64,000 bases of DNA from Hypanus sabinus. Its lineage: Eukaryota. Below the pieces are notes generated by a model. It worked only from the letters and a program-made list of their open reading frames with translations. It had not been told where the DNA came from and did not search any database. The stretch covers positions 89,528,001 to 89,592,000 of the forward strand of contig NC_082718.1 in NCBI RefSeq assembly GCF_030144855.1, in the 5' to 3' direction. The translations under genes and the position numbers were made by a program. Shown piece after piece: positions 50,732 to 64,000 of this stretch (the first letter of the stretch is position 1; the number at the start of each line of letters is the position of its first letter).

Positions 50732-52941
50732 TCGCGGGACAGAAAATCACAAAAGCAACATCTCATTTAAATGACAATGCCGCGGAAAAGCACTGAAAGT
50801 GTCAAGGCCTAGTTAGCAGAGCTTTAACCTACAAATCTCTGGCTCAAGAGGCAAGGACTCCACCAACCTAGCCATGACTTACACAGTGACATTAAAATGG
50901 TTCAAGTGAAAAAATGACTACTTGCTGATACAAGATCATTTTCATCTCCACTTCAAAAGAAAAATGACCAAATAAAACTCTCCAGTGTAAAACAAAATCT
51001 AACTTCTAGTCTGTGTACAAATTAATACCTCTTCTTAATGTAAATTAGAGCTTCAGGAAAAAAGTACATGTAATTACAGATTATAGCCTATAATCTGAAG
51101 TTGAAACACAATTCAAGCTCCTCTGTAAATTAAAATGGCACCAAAGAATCAAACTTTTAGTCCTTCAATTTGCATTCAACATACAAAAGAGCTCTCAACT
51201 TGAACAGGAAAATTAATTCTCGACAAAAATGAAGCTTCAACACCAAACCAAAACGAAAGCAAAAAAAAAAAAATTCTTAAAGACAATCTAATAATTGAAC
51301 TGTAGCATTACTATTAAAAAACAGTAACTTTCAGTTGTATAGAATCTATTGCTACCTCAAGGTACTTTATAGCAAATTAAATACTTTTGTTTAAAAAGAA
51401 AAGGGGTGTATGGGATGTCAAGGGAGGGTAGCTGGTGAAAGGGCTTGTCGAGTCCATTCCAGGGCAGCTCACTCACCTTTGGTCCCCACTGGACATTCTG
51501 CTCTCACCTGCAGCTCCAAGGAGCTGTTTGCATGGGACAACAGCCACGTCACGGTGCACCGCTTCCACAGCTGGGCTAAGCCAGGTGAGGGTAGCCTCAA
51601 CTAATTTATTTAAAAACTGAATTCAACTAAACAGAAATCTTAAATGAACTGCTGCTTTGCCAATTGGTGTGGTGGTGGGGGGGGGGGGGGGGTCAGTAAC
51701 AAGGGGAAGTCCTCAGCTCTCCACTTCAGACGTTCTACAGGTTATTATAATGTATGCAAGTCCCAGACACAGCTTGTCAGAGAGAAAGGAAAAAGTATTG
51801 GTCAATTCTTTAGAAATCACAGGGTTCCATCATTAGCAATTTCAGGGAAAGTAGTACCGATCGTTTACTCAGAATTTGCCTAATTCTGTTGGTTAACATT
51901 CCTTGGCATCAAAGTACTGGAGCAGATAAACAGGCAGCATAAAGGAATTCAAACAATTGGTTCCGAGTGTGTACTAGGTTCCAGAAGGCACTTCAGAGCA
52001 TTTACCTGAAATCTGTGTTTCTTTGATTTGCCCCAGAATTCAAAGGCCTACTTTTAGCCAGAAAATATGGAATTAGTGCCATAATTCTGTGCCAGCATTC
52101 TCCTTCTCATTCCCATCTTGCATGCAGCATTAAGAGATTCCAACAGAGGGGCCATATTGTTGTCTGGTTTATCACAGCAGGATTTTTGATTCCTCGCTCA
52201 CTGGTTCATGTAGTGCATTTAGAATAATTTTTTTTTTATCCTTGGTAACCACACCTTGTCTTTCTCCAATTCCTCCCTCCCCCTTCCCAAGTTTTATGAT
52301 CAGAGGAGCTCCGCTAGAAGAGTGCCTCATTCTTCACAAGCACAGCTGGGCAATTGTCTGGTTCAACAACATTTGAGGGATCTAGTGCCTCGACTGTCTC
52401 TTCACATCATGAGCTGAAGACTGGTTTCTGTAAATACAGGAGAGCAAAGGGGCAAGTAAAGATGGATCATCCAATTCACTCTTCAGTTATAATTTCCTGG
52501 CTAAATTACAGTCTTTAATGAACTTCAAGTTTCTTGCCAATGTAGGAAAAGATCAAGGCTATATCTTCATTTCTATTACAAACCCCAATCATCCAACCAA
52601 TTTTTCCACTCCAAAGAGTAACCATTCCAATTTCAGCCATCACAACTTTTGTAATGACAAGGTAAATTTCCATAAACCACAGTCAAACCTCCCACCTCCA
52701 CCTCTGGCCATCCACAATTACAAGTCTGGCAGCTTTTCTCGTCAAATCCCCAAAATTTCACACCATCCAGGCAGCAGCACAACCAAAACTCCAGTCTTCT
52801 CACTTCTATCACACCCCTACCTCCACTCTGGCTCCTCATCCACACTGCACCATTTTTTTAAAAAAACTTTACAACTTGGCCTTATTCATGGGCTTGCCCC
52901 TCACTTCCTCTGTCAGTCCTCAAAGATGGTCAATAATTAGC

Positions 52942-53727
52942 TCTACAGGAGGAGGAAACCAGAGGTCCATGAGCCAGTCTAATCAGGGGATCAGAGTTGG
53001 AGAGGGTCAGCAACGTTAAATTCCTCGCCTTATCAAGTCACACGATCTGTCCTGGGTCCAGCACGTACGTAACATAACAAAAAAAATGTTTGCGAAGATT
53101 TGGCATGACATCTAAAAACAATGGATGTGTGGTAGAGAGTGTACTGACTGGCTGCATCACAGCCTGGTATGGAAACACCAAAGCCCTTGAATAGAAATGC
53201 CAAAAAGTAGTGGCTACAGCACTGTCCATTACAGAAAAAGCCCTCCCAACCACCGAGCACATCTACAAGGAACGCTGTCGCAGGAAAGCAGCACCCCCAC
53301 CTCCCAGGTAACACCATTTCCCCACTGCTGGCATCAGGGAGTTACAGGAGCCTCAGTACCCACACCACCAGGTTCAGGAACGGTTATTACCCCTCAGCCA
53401 TCAGGCTCCTGAACCAGAGGGAATAATTTCACTCACCTTCACTTGCCCCATCACTGTTTCTACAACCTATGGACTCCATTTTAAGAACTCTTCATCTCAT
53501 GCTCTTAATATTTTATTGCTTATTTATTTACTATTTTGTTTCTCTCTTTTTTTGTATCTGTACAGTTTATCTTTTGCACATTTTTTTGCCCATCTTGGGT
53601 GTTGTTTATCATTAATTCCACTGTGTTTCTTTGCACTCACTGTGAATGCCTGCAAGAAAACCCATCTCAGGGTGGTAATATGGTGACATGTATGGATGTT
53701 GATAATAATTTACTTTGAATTTTGAAG
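52942..53727 (+). mobile_element. Rex1-type LINE 3' fragment
   Basis: Parallel to 29515-30300 (gaaaccagaggtccatgagccagt..gagagtgtactgactggctgcatcacagcctggtatgg). Confidence 0.88.
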
Positions 53728-54494
53728 AACCACCCACTTGGCCAGTTTCTTTGAGCCCACGGCTTCAAGTACATTTGGCAACATAACTAAGCCCCTGGCT
53801 ATAGAGTGCCCTCTCAACCCTTCCACTTCCTGCATCTTAAGGGCAACTGCCTTGGCCAGGTTTTTTGGTCTCTGTCCCACCTATTCTGGATCAGTATGTA
53901 CTTGGAAACTTCCTCTGCAAAGTATGTTGGAAAAGAAACCTCATACATCTCACACACAGTTGGTGACTTCCTGGGCATTCGCCCAATATCATTAACTTTC
54001 CTCTCAGATACAAACTAGCCAATGCACACTACACACAGTTTGCCTGGCTCTACCACTGAAAGTGATTATTGAGAAACTGGGAAATGATTTACCAGGACAA
54101 TTCCTCTCGGCCGCAGGTTGAGCAACCGCTGGGGGTAGAGAGAAAGCAGAGCTCCAAATAGAGACGTGAGCTCAATCAAAAGCCGGTGCTCGGGAAGGTT
54201 ACGGCAGGCGAACCCCCTGACCTTACAGAGGCCAGGTTATAAAATCCGCAGGAAAGCTCTCACTTTCTTTAATATTCATGAAGCTTTGAAGTGTTAAATC
54301 CGAAGTTAGACTGATGCATACTAATATAAAAGCAATTACATGTGACAGGTGGAACTTGCACTAATCTTCCTCCCACTAGGACTCTAATGCAATGAACCAC
54401 AATTCCTGACTGATTTATTGTCCAGCATGGGAGAAGCGTCGAGGCCACAGCTGCATTGACTGAGGGATCCAGGACTTAAACAGAAGAGCAGCAA

Positions 54495-54950
54495 GTCAGA
54501 AACATGGCGGAGTCTGCAGATGCTGGGAATCCAGAGCAACGCACACAAAACACTGGAGGAACTCAGCGGGTCAGGCAGCATCGACGCAAGGGAATAAACG
54601 GTCACCGTTTCAAGCCAAGACCCTTCTTCAGGACTGGAAAAAGAGGGGGGAAATGCCAGAGTAAAGAGGTGGGTGGGGGAGGGAGGCGAAGGAGGATAGT
54701 GAGAAAGTGATGGGTGAAGCCAGCTGGGTGGGAAAGGTAAAGAGCTGGAGAGGAAGGAATCTGATAGGAGAGGAGTGTGGCCCATAGGAGAAAGGGTGGG
54801 CCCAGGGGGAGGAGATAGGCAGGTGAGAAGAGGCAAGAGTGGGGAATAGAAAGAGGGGAGAGGAAGGGATGTTTTTTTTTGGTCCAGAAGGTGAAATACC
54901 ACCAGGTTGGAGGCTACCCAGACAGAAACTAAGGTGTTGCTCCTACACCC
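54495..54950 (-). mobile_element. Penelope-like element 3' end with pseudo-LTR
   Basis: Minus strand EQHLSFCLGSLQPGG near 54895-54942. Same repeat body as 22227-22715. Hammerhead core CTGAAGA at 54625-54631. Confidence 0.85.
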
Positions 54951-55274
54951 TGAAGTTTACGAAGGGTCCCGCCAATGCAGGCGGGTGCATGGGAGCAGAG
55001 TGGGTAGGACAGAGCAGCACTCAGTGAAGAGAAATAGGAAAGGATCGAAAGAGTCATGACTGGGATCCCCGCTCCCAATGAGGAGCGGAGCTCCATCACA
55101 GTGCAGCACAGAAGCGGGTCTCGTAGGCCATCAAATATGCATCTACACCAATCCCCTCTACCACCACTTGGTCCATACACTGCCATAGCCACTTGTTGCC
55201 TCCACCACCTTCCCAAGCAGTTGTTTCACACCACAACCAGCCATGGGTGAACTCATTTCTCATCAGTCCCCTTC

Positions 55275-55662
55275 TGACCCTCTTATCCCTCATCTTAGAG
55301 TGGTGGGGTGGAGATGCATCTCTACCAAAGGGGGTGCAAGGTGCTCCTTCCCTCCACTAGCCTGCCAGTTACCCTGGGGCAAGGTGTAGCACCTGCTTAG
55401 CCCCTGATCAGGGTCATGTGAATCCACGGGAGCAGGTGGTGGATGGTTGTATAAGCAGCCAGTGCAAATCACAAGTCCTACTTATGCGACCACTGACATC
55501 AGGCAGACAATCTCTGAAGAGTATTGATTACAAGACAGGTGACCCCAGCCGTTAAGACACTGCCCAGCAGAAGACAATGGCAAACCACTGACAAGTTTGC
55601 CAAGAGCAATCAAGGTTACTGGACATGATCGCTCACGTCATACGACACAGCACATAATGAAA
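55275..55662 (+). mobile_element. Probable RTE-tailed SINE-like element
   Basis: gaagacaatggcaaaccact resembles RTE/Bov-B-type tails; ends cacataatga. Confidence 0.45.
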
Positions 55663-56094
55663 GAATCCCTCAGCTTCAAGCTATGCAGCCACAGTAACCA
55701 AAAACCCAGGTTTCTTGGCCCACAACTCTCAAATCTGCAGCCTACCAATATGTGCACATCCCAATGTGGAGCCAATTTTAAACTGCATTGCAAAGCTCCT
55801 GTGATTACCAAGCAATAAATTAATTTGACAAAGGCAAAACTAGATGACAAGCCTCAAATTAAATTTAGGGGGTGCAAACTATTTGTGTACTGAAAGTAAG
55901 CTGCTAGTGAAAATGAAGCTTCTGCAAATAGTTTCCATCTGGCAGAAATTTCACATGCAACACTCACTTAAAACATATCCAAGCAAACATCAAAACAAAA
56001 CTAACTGACTGCTGTGGCACTGAAGATGCTGGTTTCGGAGCCCAATCTGCCTTAGCTGAGCGCAAGATTCCACATTTCAAAAGGAGGGTAGAGT

Positions 56095-56185
56095 TAATCC
56101 TGATGAAGGTTCTCAGCCCGAAGCATTGACTGTTAATTCTTTTCCTCGGATGTTGCCTGACCTGCTGCGTTCCTATCCATCTTGC
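56095..56185 (+). mobile_element. Penelope pseudo-LTR fragment
   Basis: cctgatgaaggttctcagcccgaagcattgactg..gatgttgcctgacctgctg. Confidence 0.75.
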
Positions 56186-56312
56186 TGTGCAGGGGAGTGT
56201 GAAAGGAAACCAGAGAACTCACACTATCATGGGAAGACCGTACAAAGTCCTTATAAACAGCAGCAGAGTTGAGACCAGGTCACTGGTGCAGTAATAATTT
56301 CTATGTTATACT
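56185..56312 (-). mobile_element. V-SINE fragment
   Basis: ggagtgtgaaaggaaaccagagaactcacac..gggaagaccgtacaaagtcc. Confidence 0.6.
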
Positions 56313-57944
56313 GTGGCCTATCTTTAATCTTCAAAAAAAAACTTCAAGAGATGTCCTGGTCTTTACCTCAACACTGGGCAAGGGTGCCTGGTGTGCACCA
56401 AATATCTGTCATATTCCCAAATCTGCCATTGTGAATACACCTCAAAAGCACTTCATTGTTACAGGCGCCACCCAAAAGCAAGTCTTTCTTTCATCATCAA
56501 ATTAATTAACTAATCGAGGAGTGTGGTGCAGAGAAAAAAATTCAAGGCAAATCAATTCTCATCCACCATGTTGATACTGAATCAGGACTTGTGCTTATGA
56601 TTTCCCAACACAGAAAAACTTGTACAGCTAAGTGCCCAGCTTGGCTCTGCAGTTCTCACATATTGATGAGTAAGATGTTCCACTGATTAAAAATTGATCC
56701 TCCTCAAATTCTAATCAACAGAATAGGATTCATTCATATGTTATCAAGTCAGCACCTGACAGTGAAAACCAAACCTGTTATTAACCCCTGAACCCCGCCA
56801 GGAAGACCAGAACTGTAAATTATTCAATAGCCCAAGCACAATATTGCTAGCCTGATGGATTTATGTTGAGCACAGGGCAGAGCAGGCTACCACCAATATC
56901 ACAATCCTACAGGTCTCCAGAGAACAAGGGGTTCACGACATCCCAACAGTCTGCACCACAACGCTGCATACATAAGCCTCTGCTCTCATTAAGCTACAGG
57001 CACATGCATTTTATTTTACTAAACAAGAATTGTTTTTTTTACTTTTCCCAAAACCACTCCAGCATCAACATCAATAGCATTTTACACCCAGTAAGTGTGT
57101 TTGCTTGACTTTTAACCTGTGTAAAGTTTACAGGCAGTTTCTATCAGTCAATGAAAAAGACACAAAATACAAATAAGACACAATAGTTAATGTCACATTA
57201 AGATATTCTGCCATCCAACAGAATTTAAAACCTCTCACATTAAGAGTTTTCGTATTCATTCACTGATTTAAACCCTACATCATGGGCACTGAAAGAGTCT
57301 CAATCTTCTGAAGTATTGTAGAGTTGCTGACAATTGACATCTGGGTCTCCCTGACAAATGCTCCCCCCCACCACCCCACAAGGTAATTATACTAAAGCAT
57401 GGATCTACAATTTTGTCACTAGGACAGGAAGCTGGTTTTAGTCATGTAACCACAGACACACACAAAAAAAAGATTCCTTTGGTTTATTCTGAGGCTTAGC
57501 AGTGACCTTTGGACATACAGGCAGCAAAACTACTCACTAAGTTAGCCCCTAAATAACACAGTGTAGCTCAGTGTGATTCTTCTAATTTAGCCCCCTTCGC
57601 TACCAAATGAGGAGAACAAATCTACTCTGAACATCATTCATGAATGCAGCCGAGAGCAATTCTGCCTCCAGCCAGATTTTGCTTTCTCAAATTATTTGAT
57701 ATTTTCAGAGGAAGGCTGGCCGAGATTGCAGGCACAAACTTGACACCTTGCTTACTTGTACGCAGCATCTCAGCAAATGTGACAGAAACACCTATTAAAC
57801 CAGAAACGCTAGTTGTTTCTCTTCCCACAGACGTCGTCAACCTGTTGAGGTTTCAAGCACTTTCGGCTTTTGTTGTAGATTTCCAGCATCTGCAGTTTTT
57901 TTTAAATCTCCGGAGTAAACAAGTTTACAGTACTTGCAGGCGTT

Positions 57945-58352
57945 AATCAGAATCGGGTTTAATATTGCCAGCATACGTCATGAAATTTGTCTTTGCGGCA
58001 GCAGTACAATGCAATACATAATGATAGAACAAAAAAAACTGAATTACAGACATGTTAAATTTAAAAAGCAATGCAAAAATAGAAATAATAGTGAGTTAGT
58101 GTTCATGGGTTCGATGTCCATTCAGAAATTGGATGGCAGGCGGGCAGAAGCTGTTCCTGAATCGTTGAGTGTGTGCCTTCAGGCTCCTGTACCTCCTCCC
58201 TGATGGTGGCAATAAGAACAGGGCACATACTGGGTGATGGGAGTCCTCAGTGATGGACACGGCCTTTTTGAGGCACCGCTTCTTGAAGATGTCCTGAATA
58301 CTCTGGAGGCCAGTGTCCACGATGGAGCTGACCGAGTTTGTAATTCTCTGCG
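57945..58352 (-). mobile_element. Rex1-type LINE 3' fragment
   Basis: ORF 58096-58320 RCLKKAVSITEDSHHP..PSGRRYRSLKAHTQRFRNSF. Confidence 0.9.
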
Positions 58353-58779
58353 CAACATTCTCACAGTGCTCACACTCGCAGTTCTGCCTTAATCTATTCA
58401 GAGCAAGTTAAATCTTGGGCGAATGCTCAAGGACACCTGATTGCTCAGGGCAATGGTACGCCAAGGAGCAATGTTTTCCAGATGACAATGGGAAATTCCT
58501 CCTCCTCCTAGTAAAAACAGTAAATGGTCAGTTTCCAAACACAATGATCTTCTTAAACTCTAGTGAAACTCAAGGCACTGCAGAATACATGAAATAGAAA
58601 AAATATTCATTAAGTTCTGGAATGCAGCAACATTTGGAGTTGTGGAGCATGATGCAGAGTAAAGAGAAACCTTGAGATTTATTATAACACTTGTTGTGAG
58701 ACTGTAACTGTCTGTGCCGGGAAATCCAGCAAAGGATCATGGCATCAACATACACCCAATCGGGCAAAGTTCACAAGCA

Positions 58780-59788
58780 TGGTGTAAGAGCTCCAATCTG
58801 CTAATTAAATTTGCTGCCGACACTACACTGATCAGCCTAATCTCAAATAATAATCAGGCAATCTACAGAGAAGTCAAAACCCTGACGCAGTGGTGTCAAG
58901 AAAATAACCTCTCCCTCAATGTCGCAAAAACAAAGGAGCTGGTTGTGGACTACAGGAGGAATGGAGACAGGCTCAGCCCCATTGACATCAACGGATATGG
59001 GGTTGAGAGGGTGAACAGCTTCAAGTTCTTCGGCATACATATCACACAGGAACTCACATGGTCTGTACACACAGGGGCAAGATTGAGAGCATCCATTGAG
59101 GAAAAACTTCTTCTCCCAGAGAGTTGTGGAGGTGTGGAATGCACTGCCTCGGAAGACGGTGGAGGCCAATTCTCTGGATGCTTTCAAGAAGGAGCTCGAT
59201 AGATATCTGATGGATAGGGGAATCAAGGGATATGGGGACAAGGCAGGGACTGGGTATTGATAGTGAATGATCAGCCATGATCTCAGAATGGCGGTGCAGA
59301 CTCGAGGGGCTGAAAGGTCTACTTCTGCACCTATTGTCTATTGTCATCCTGACTGGCTGCATCACTGCCTGGTATGGGAACAGTACTTCCCTCAATCGCA
59401 GAACACTGCAGAGAGTGGTGCGGACAGCCCAGCGCATCTGTGGATGTGAACTTCCCACTATTCAGGACTTTTACAAAGTCAGGTGTGTAAAAAACAGCCC
59501 AAAGAATCTTTGGGGACCCAAGTCACCCCAACCACAAACTGTTCCAGCTGCTACCATCCAGGAAACAGTACCGCAGCATAAAAGCCAGGACTAACAGGCT
59601 CTGGGACAGCTTCTTCCACCAGGCCATCAGACTGATTAATTCATGAAAATACAACTGTATTTCTATGTTATATTGACTGTCCTGTTGTACATACTATTTA
59701 CTATAAATTGCACATTTAGATGGAGATGTAACATTTGTACTCCTCAAGTATGTGAAGGATGAAAGTAATAACATCAATTCAATTCAAG
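58780..59788 (+). mobile_element. Rex1/Babar-type LINE 3' part, split by the CR1 insertion
   Basis: SSNLLIKFAADTTLISLISNN..WCQENNLSLNVAKTKELVVDYRR..SFKFFGIHI, then ILTGCITAWYGN..LQRVVRTAQRI; (aattc)n tail. Confidence 0.92.
59095..59344 (+). mobile_element. CR1 3' end fragment inserted in a Rex1 copy
   Basis: Closely similar to 28540-28780; tail cctattgtctattgt. 5 bp TSD catcc at 59090-59094 and 59345-59349. Confidence 0.92.
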
Positions 59789-60038
59789 GGGGTTTACCCT
59801 GGCTCATCTTGCAGCAGGCATTTTTTTTTAGTCACGACAGGCTTTAAAACACTTCAGGAAATCAGTTTTTGTTGAAGTAAATAAAATAAATGAGCCTGTA
59901 ATTTGATGCCACTGAGGTGCTATTACAAATGCAAATTTGTTATAAACCTCAAAAAAAAGTTTAGGTTCTGTAAGTGACAGGGCATGTTGTAAACTGACAC
60001 TAAATCTTATGTAATCCACTATTTCCATATTCGATATA

Positions 60039-60490
60039 CCCTCAGTGGCCACCTTATTCGATACAGCAGTGGAACCCAGTGTGCTCTCCTGCGCTGTACT
60101 GCCAAACACTTCGAGGTTCGACGTGTTGTGCACTCAGAGAGGATCTTCGGCACACCACCGATGTAACACGTGGTTATTTGAGTTACTGTCTCCTTCCTGT
60201 CAGCTTCAACCGGTCTGGGCATTGTCCTTTGACCTCTCTCATCAACAAGGTGTTTCGCTCACAGAACTGCCACTCACTGAATGCTTTTTGGCTGGTGTTT
60301 TTTTTTTGCATCGTTGTCTGTAAACTCTGGAGACTGTTGTGCATGAAAATCCCAGGAGATTAGCAGTTTCTGAGATACCCCATCTGGCACCAACAATCAT
60401 TCAACGGTCAAAGTCATTTAGGTCACATTTCTTCCCCATTCTGATGTTTGGTCTGAACAACTGAACCTCTTGACCATGTCTGCATGCTTT
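60039..60490 (-). mobile_element. Tc1/mariner transposon deletion derivative (N-terminal transposase remnant + one TIR)
   Basis: Minus strand from ATG 60439: MGKKCDLNDFDR*MIVGAR..ISETANLLGFSCTTVSRVY..ADRKETVTQITT..SECTTRRT..WVPLL, then TIR-like ta-ccctcagtggccaccttatt. The other end is cut by a CR1 tail near 60493-60620. Confidence 0.88.
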
Positions 60491-63400
60491 TAGTCTAGTC
60501 TACCATTCCATCACGGTTGATTTATTTGCCCTCCCAACCCCATTCACCTTCACCTTTGACTCTCTTACCAATCAAGAACCTATCAACCTCTGCTTTAAAC
60601 CAACCCAACGACTTGGCCTCTAAGGCATCGACATACCGAGAGATCTTGAGTTCCGAGTTCATAGCTAGTGAAAGCGGCCACACAAGCAGATAGGGCCACA
60701 TCAAAAGAGAGGGAAATGCGTTGCTTCCCTCAAATCGGTGAGGATTGTGTTGGAGGCAGCCGGCAAGAGTCACTACACTTCCAATGTCAATTTAGCATGC
60801 CCACAACTTATAACCCTAACCTGCAAGCCTTGGGAATGTGGCAGGGAACCAAGAAGCCTCTTAAGAGATGGATGAGTGGCATTAAGATGCAGCAACAGAA
60901 TTTAAAAGCTCAGGGCCCAAGCAAGCGGTGGCCAAAGCTTGGGTGACTGAAATCAAGCAAGATTAAGGCAAAGTAACTGAGGACTCAGAGAGATCCTTGG
61001 ATTGAGGGATACAAGGGAGAAGGGAACAGAGCGGAGCTTGAGTTCTCTACTAAACTGATGAGAGGCCTGTTGGAAGGGTTCAGAATCACAAAAGAGCTCG
61101 AGGAGATAGGTATGAAGTTGGTATCCATTCAGAGGTTGGGGATCAAAACTTAGGAACACAGGATCGCTATCAAGACTGCCAATAGCACATTCAGGGATTT
61201 GGCTTTATCTAGGGCGGATAAAATGTAGAAACTAGGAGCAAACATGGGACACATCCAATTCAGGGGAAGGATGTATATTCAAGTGAAACAAAACAAAGAT
61301 ATTTTGAAAAGGGCTAGAAGAAAATACAGCAGAAACTCTCGCTTGGTCAAATTAGGACCAATGTTTACAGGCAATGGTTTTTTTGGTGCTCTGTACAATT
61401 CAATAAAGAGGACCCATTATACAAGCAATTTTTTTTATTGCAGCAAGATGGCGAACAATTGTTGCATTTGATGAATATAACCAAAAGCCGCTGTTTTCTT
61501 TTCCACGTTCAGATGGCACTGAGTCATACCATCTAGCTTGTGGTTTCTGAATCAGAGAATTAGTCTTCCATTTCCATTTAATTCAATGATTTAGAGTCAA
61601 ACAATTCAGCATCTGAGATTAGTCTTGACCAAAATTGCTCAACCTCTCTCTAGAAAACACTTGCCTCGCAATTTCATTTCCATCTGTGGTCCACTTCAGA
61701 AAGCCCCAATCCCAAGTAATGCCAACTTGTGCATCTCAGAAGGATCAAACAACAAACAAAAACCAGCAGACTTCCCTTAATCAAAACTAACTCCAGTAGC
61801 TAACCAAGAGCAATTAAATGCACAACGTTCCATTCATAAAACATTCAGCAATAGAGGTTGAGATGTGGCAAAGGATAGACAGTGTTCACTTCACAAAAAG
61901 ATTAAAATGGAAAATGGATGAGGAACAATATCACCTTTGCTTAACACATTGCACACTAGTTAAATACTAGAGCCACTCACAAAAGGACAATGAAGTTTCC
62001 TAATGGCATTAGGTGATATAATCAAGCAATCAGCTGCTTTCCATGAAAATTGCATGAATTTAATTAAAGATTACAGAGTTCAGTCACCCAAAAATTGCAG
62101 ATGCAGGAGTGCTCGAGAGACCATGACATGCACACTGCACCACATTTCAGACACCGCTGCAAGTTTCGAGCTCAGAAAAAAAATCCCAACAGGCCACGGT
62201 GGGCTGATGACATCAGATGCCACTCATTACCAGAATTAGTAGTGGAAAAAGCCTGTTCCTACACTTTTTCCAACCTTCAATCCACCCCACCCTTCTGCCA
62301 AATGGCAAGAGGGATAATTAATGAAGAATGCTAATTAGCTGCTGATCATCGAATGAGCTGGTTAGATAAAGCATTGTTCACCATTAAATTAATTCTCCAT
62401 AATCATCTTGTCCTCGAGACACACTAGAATATAGCTCTGTACAAACAATTCATTGTAAATCCAAGATATTCCAAATATTTATGTTAAGTATAAAACTCGC
62501 TGCAAACACTGGAATTTTTAAAGTATCAAGTGTCGTATCAATTGCTTTACAGCCCTTAAAATTATAATGCTTAAAGTATTTAATATGACACACCATCAGC
62601 ATTTCCCCAAATGGCAGAAATATCACAGTTCTACCCTCAAGGCCCTCCAAATAGTGCTTTCCTATTCAAAACAAATCCATGAATCAGTGTTAAAATTCGC
62701 ACCGAAGGATGTGGTGAAACCAGCTTCCCACTTAATAATTACTTTAGTTATCCAGGGAAAGATGGTTATAAAACTCACTTCACTACTGATACGACTCTGC
62801 TTTTGTATTGAAAAAACAAATTTAACAACATAGTTGGAAGCAAAGGTGCAAATCTGTTTTCCTCAGTGTAAACTTTGTATTTAAGGAGATTTGTGTTAAC
62901 AAGAGAATAAAATATTTGGTCATGAACAAAAAAAAATTTGATTTTGTATATTCCACTTACAAATCCCAGCTTCGAATTCAGCTCTGAATAGAGAAACCCT
63001 GCTTTCAGTACAGTTTGAAGAATTGGTGTCTGTGATAAACTTGTTCAATCAGATGTTTTTAAATGTTGCATTTTGCAATTTGATCTTTGACAAATTCAAA
63101 TCCAATCCAAGCCCTACTACACCAAAATAATCAGCAAAACGTAGCAGTTAAAACCTATTTACTCACGCCCAAGTAGCAAAGCTCAAGAATTCTCTGCCCG
63201 AATGTATTTGCTGTCTTGTAGCTTCATCTATTAAAACACTGCAATAGATGGGATTCCACCCCCCAAGAGATTTTCTTTAAAAAGATATCACCAGTATAAC
63301 CTACAACACCAAACTATCAAGGAGGTAGACCTTCTGAGGCAGATTGTCACATCGAACATCCAAAACCCATTTCACGGAACAGCTGCAGAAACCAAGCCTC

Positions 63401-64000
63401 AGATCGACAATCAGGATCATGAGAAAAGCTTAGAGAGCAAGTGCAGTTGGGTAGGATATGCTGGCCACAATCCATCTCAGGGATCCGCCAGCCAGTGGGG
63501 CAGTGGCATCACCACCAGACTTCGAGGCAAATGGCCCAGAGTTCAAATCCGGCCAGCTCCTTACACATTTTCCATCCACGCTGAGTGCAGGGCTGAGCAT
63601 GAAGCTAGCATCTCAGCGTTAGGGAAACAGCACAAAGTGTGAAAAAGAACCACAGCGATCCCAGGATCCATCTAAATGATGTCGTTAGCTGTTACCATGT
63701 TATAAATGGGACACAATTCCTCCTTATTGAAAAGTCAATGGGGGGGGGGGAGAAAATCACACTAATGAACGAACTGCAAGGATTTACAGTGCTTTGCCAT
63801 TACGAACTAACACATAAAGGGACTGATGCCCCCCCCCCATAACCACCCAACTGGGACAGACAGAGAAATCAGAAGAATGATGACAGTTCTATAACGAGAT
63901 ATCAGACTTTAACCTCATTTGCACCATACATTTCACCGATTGTTTTGTAACACCCATCAGACCACAACCTTGGACAAACTTGTTAAAGATGAACCTTGTG

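Noticed and set aside
51471-51510. Strong minus-strand donor AAG|gtgagt with an upstream acceptor
   Set aside because: It lies in an interspersed repeat also present, inverted, near 45760-45790.
55500-55620. HDV-like ribozyme in the RTE-like element
   Set aside because: I could not build the nested double pseudoknot by eye; no support.
63167-63227. Candidate minus-strand exon (ag|ATGAAGC..GGGC|gtgagt)
   Set aside because: Good donor, but only a short unrecognisable peptide and no corroboration.
1-64000. CRISPR arrays, operons, prokaryotic defence systems
   Set aside because: No regularly spaced direct repeats or dense ORFs; the content is vertebrate retroelement-rich DNA.

Overview
Eukaryotic, repeat-rich, mostly non-coding DNA. 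The repeat complement (CR1, Rex1/Babar, L2, Penelope-like elements, V-SINE, Meta- and Deu-type SINEs, Tc1, hAT and Harbinger MITEs) points to a cartilaginous fish, probably a ray; this is inferred from recalled family sequences, not from a search. The largest feature is a ~4 kb CR1 LINE (24764-28780). It has an open zinc-finger/coiled-coil/SGNH-esterase ORF1 and a disrupted endonuclease-RT ORF2, and it is nested in a Rex1-type LINE that a second CR1 also interrupts. About 15-20 Penelope pseudo-LTR fragments are scattered through the window. Several carry a minimal type I hammerhead ribozyme core (CTGANGA-stem-GAAACGTC), and three short young copies (92-166 bp) have clean 13-16 bp target-site duplications (TSDs). 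No host gene could be named. A 3'UTR-like AT-rich stretch with a minus-strand ATTAAA near 2020 and some splice-site-flanked open segments suggest the window is mostly intron of a minus-strand gene, but support is weak. Most short ORFs in the track are noise or transposon debris. Boundaries of old repeats are approximate.
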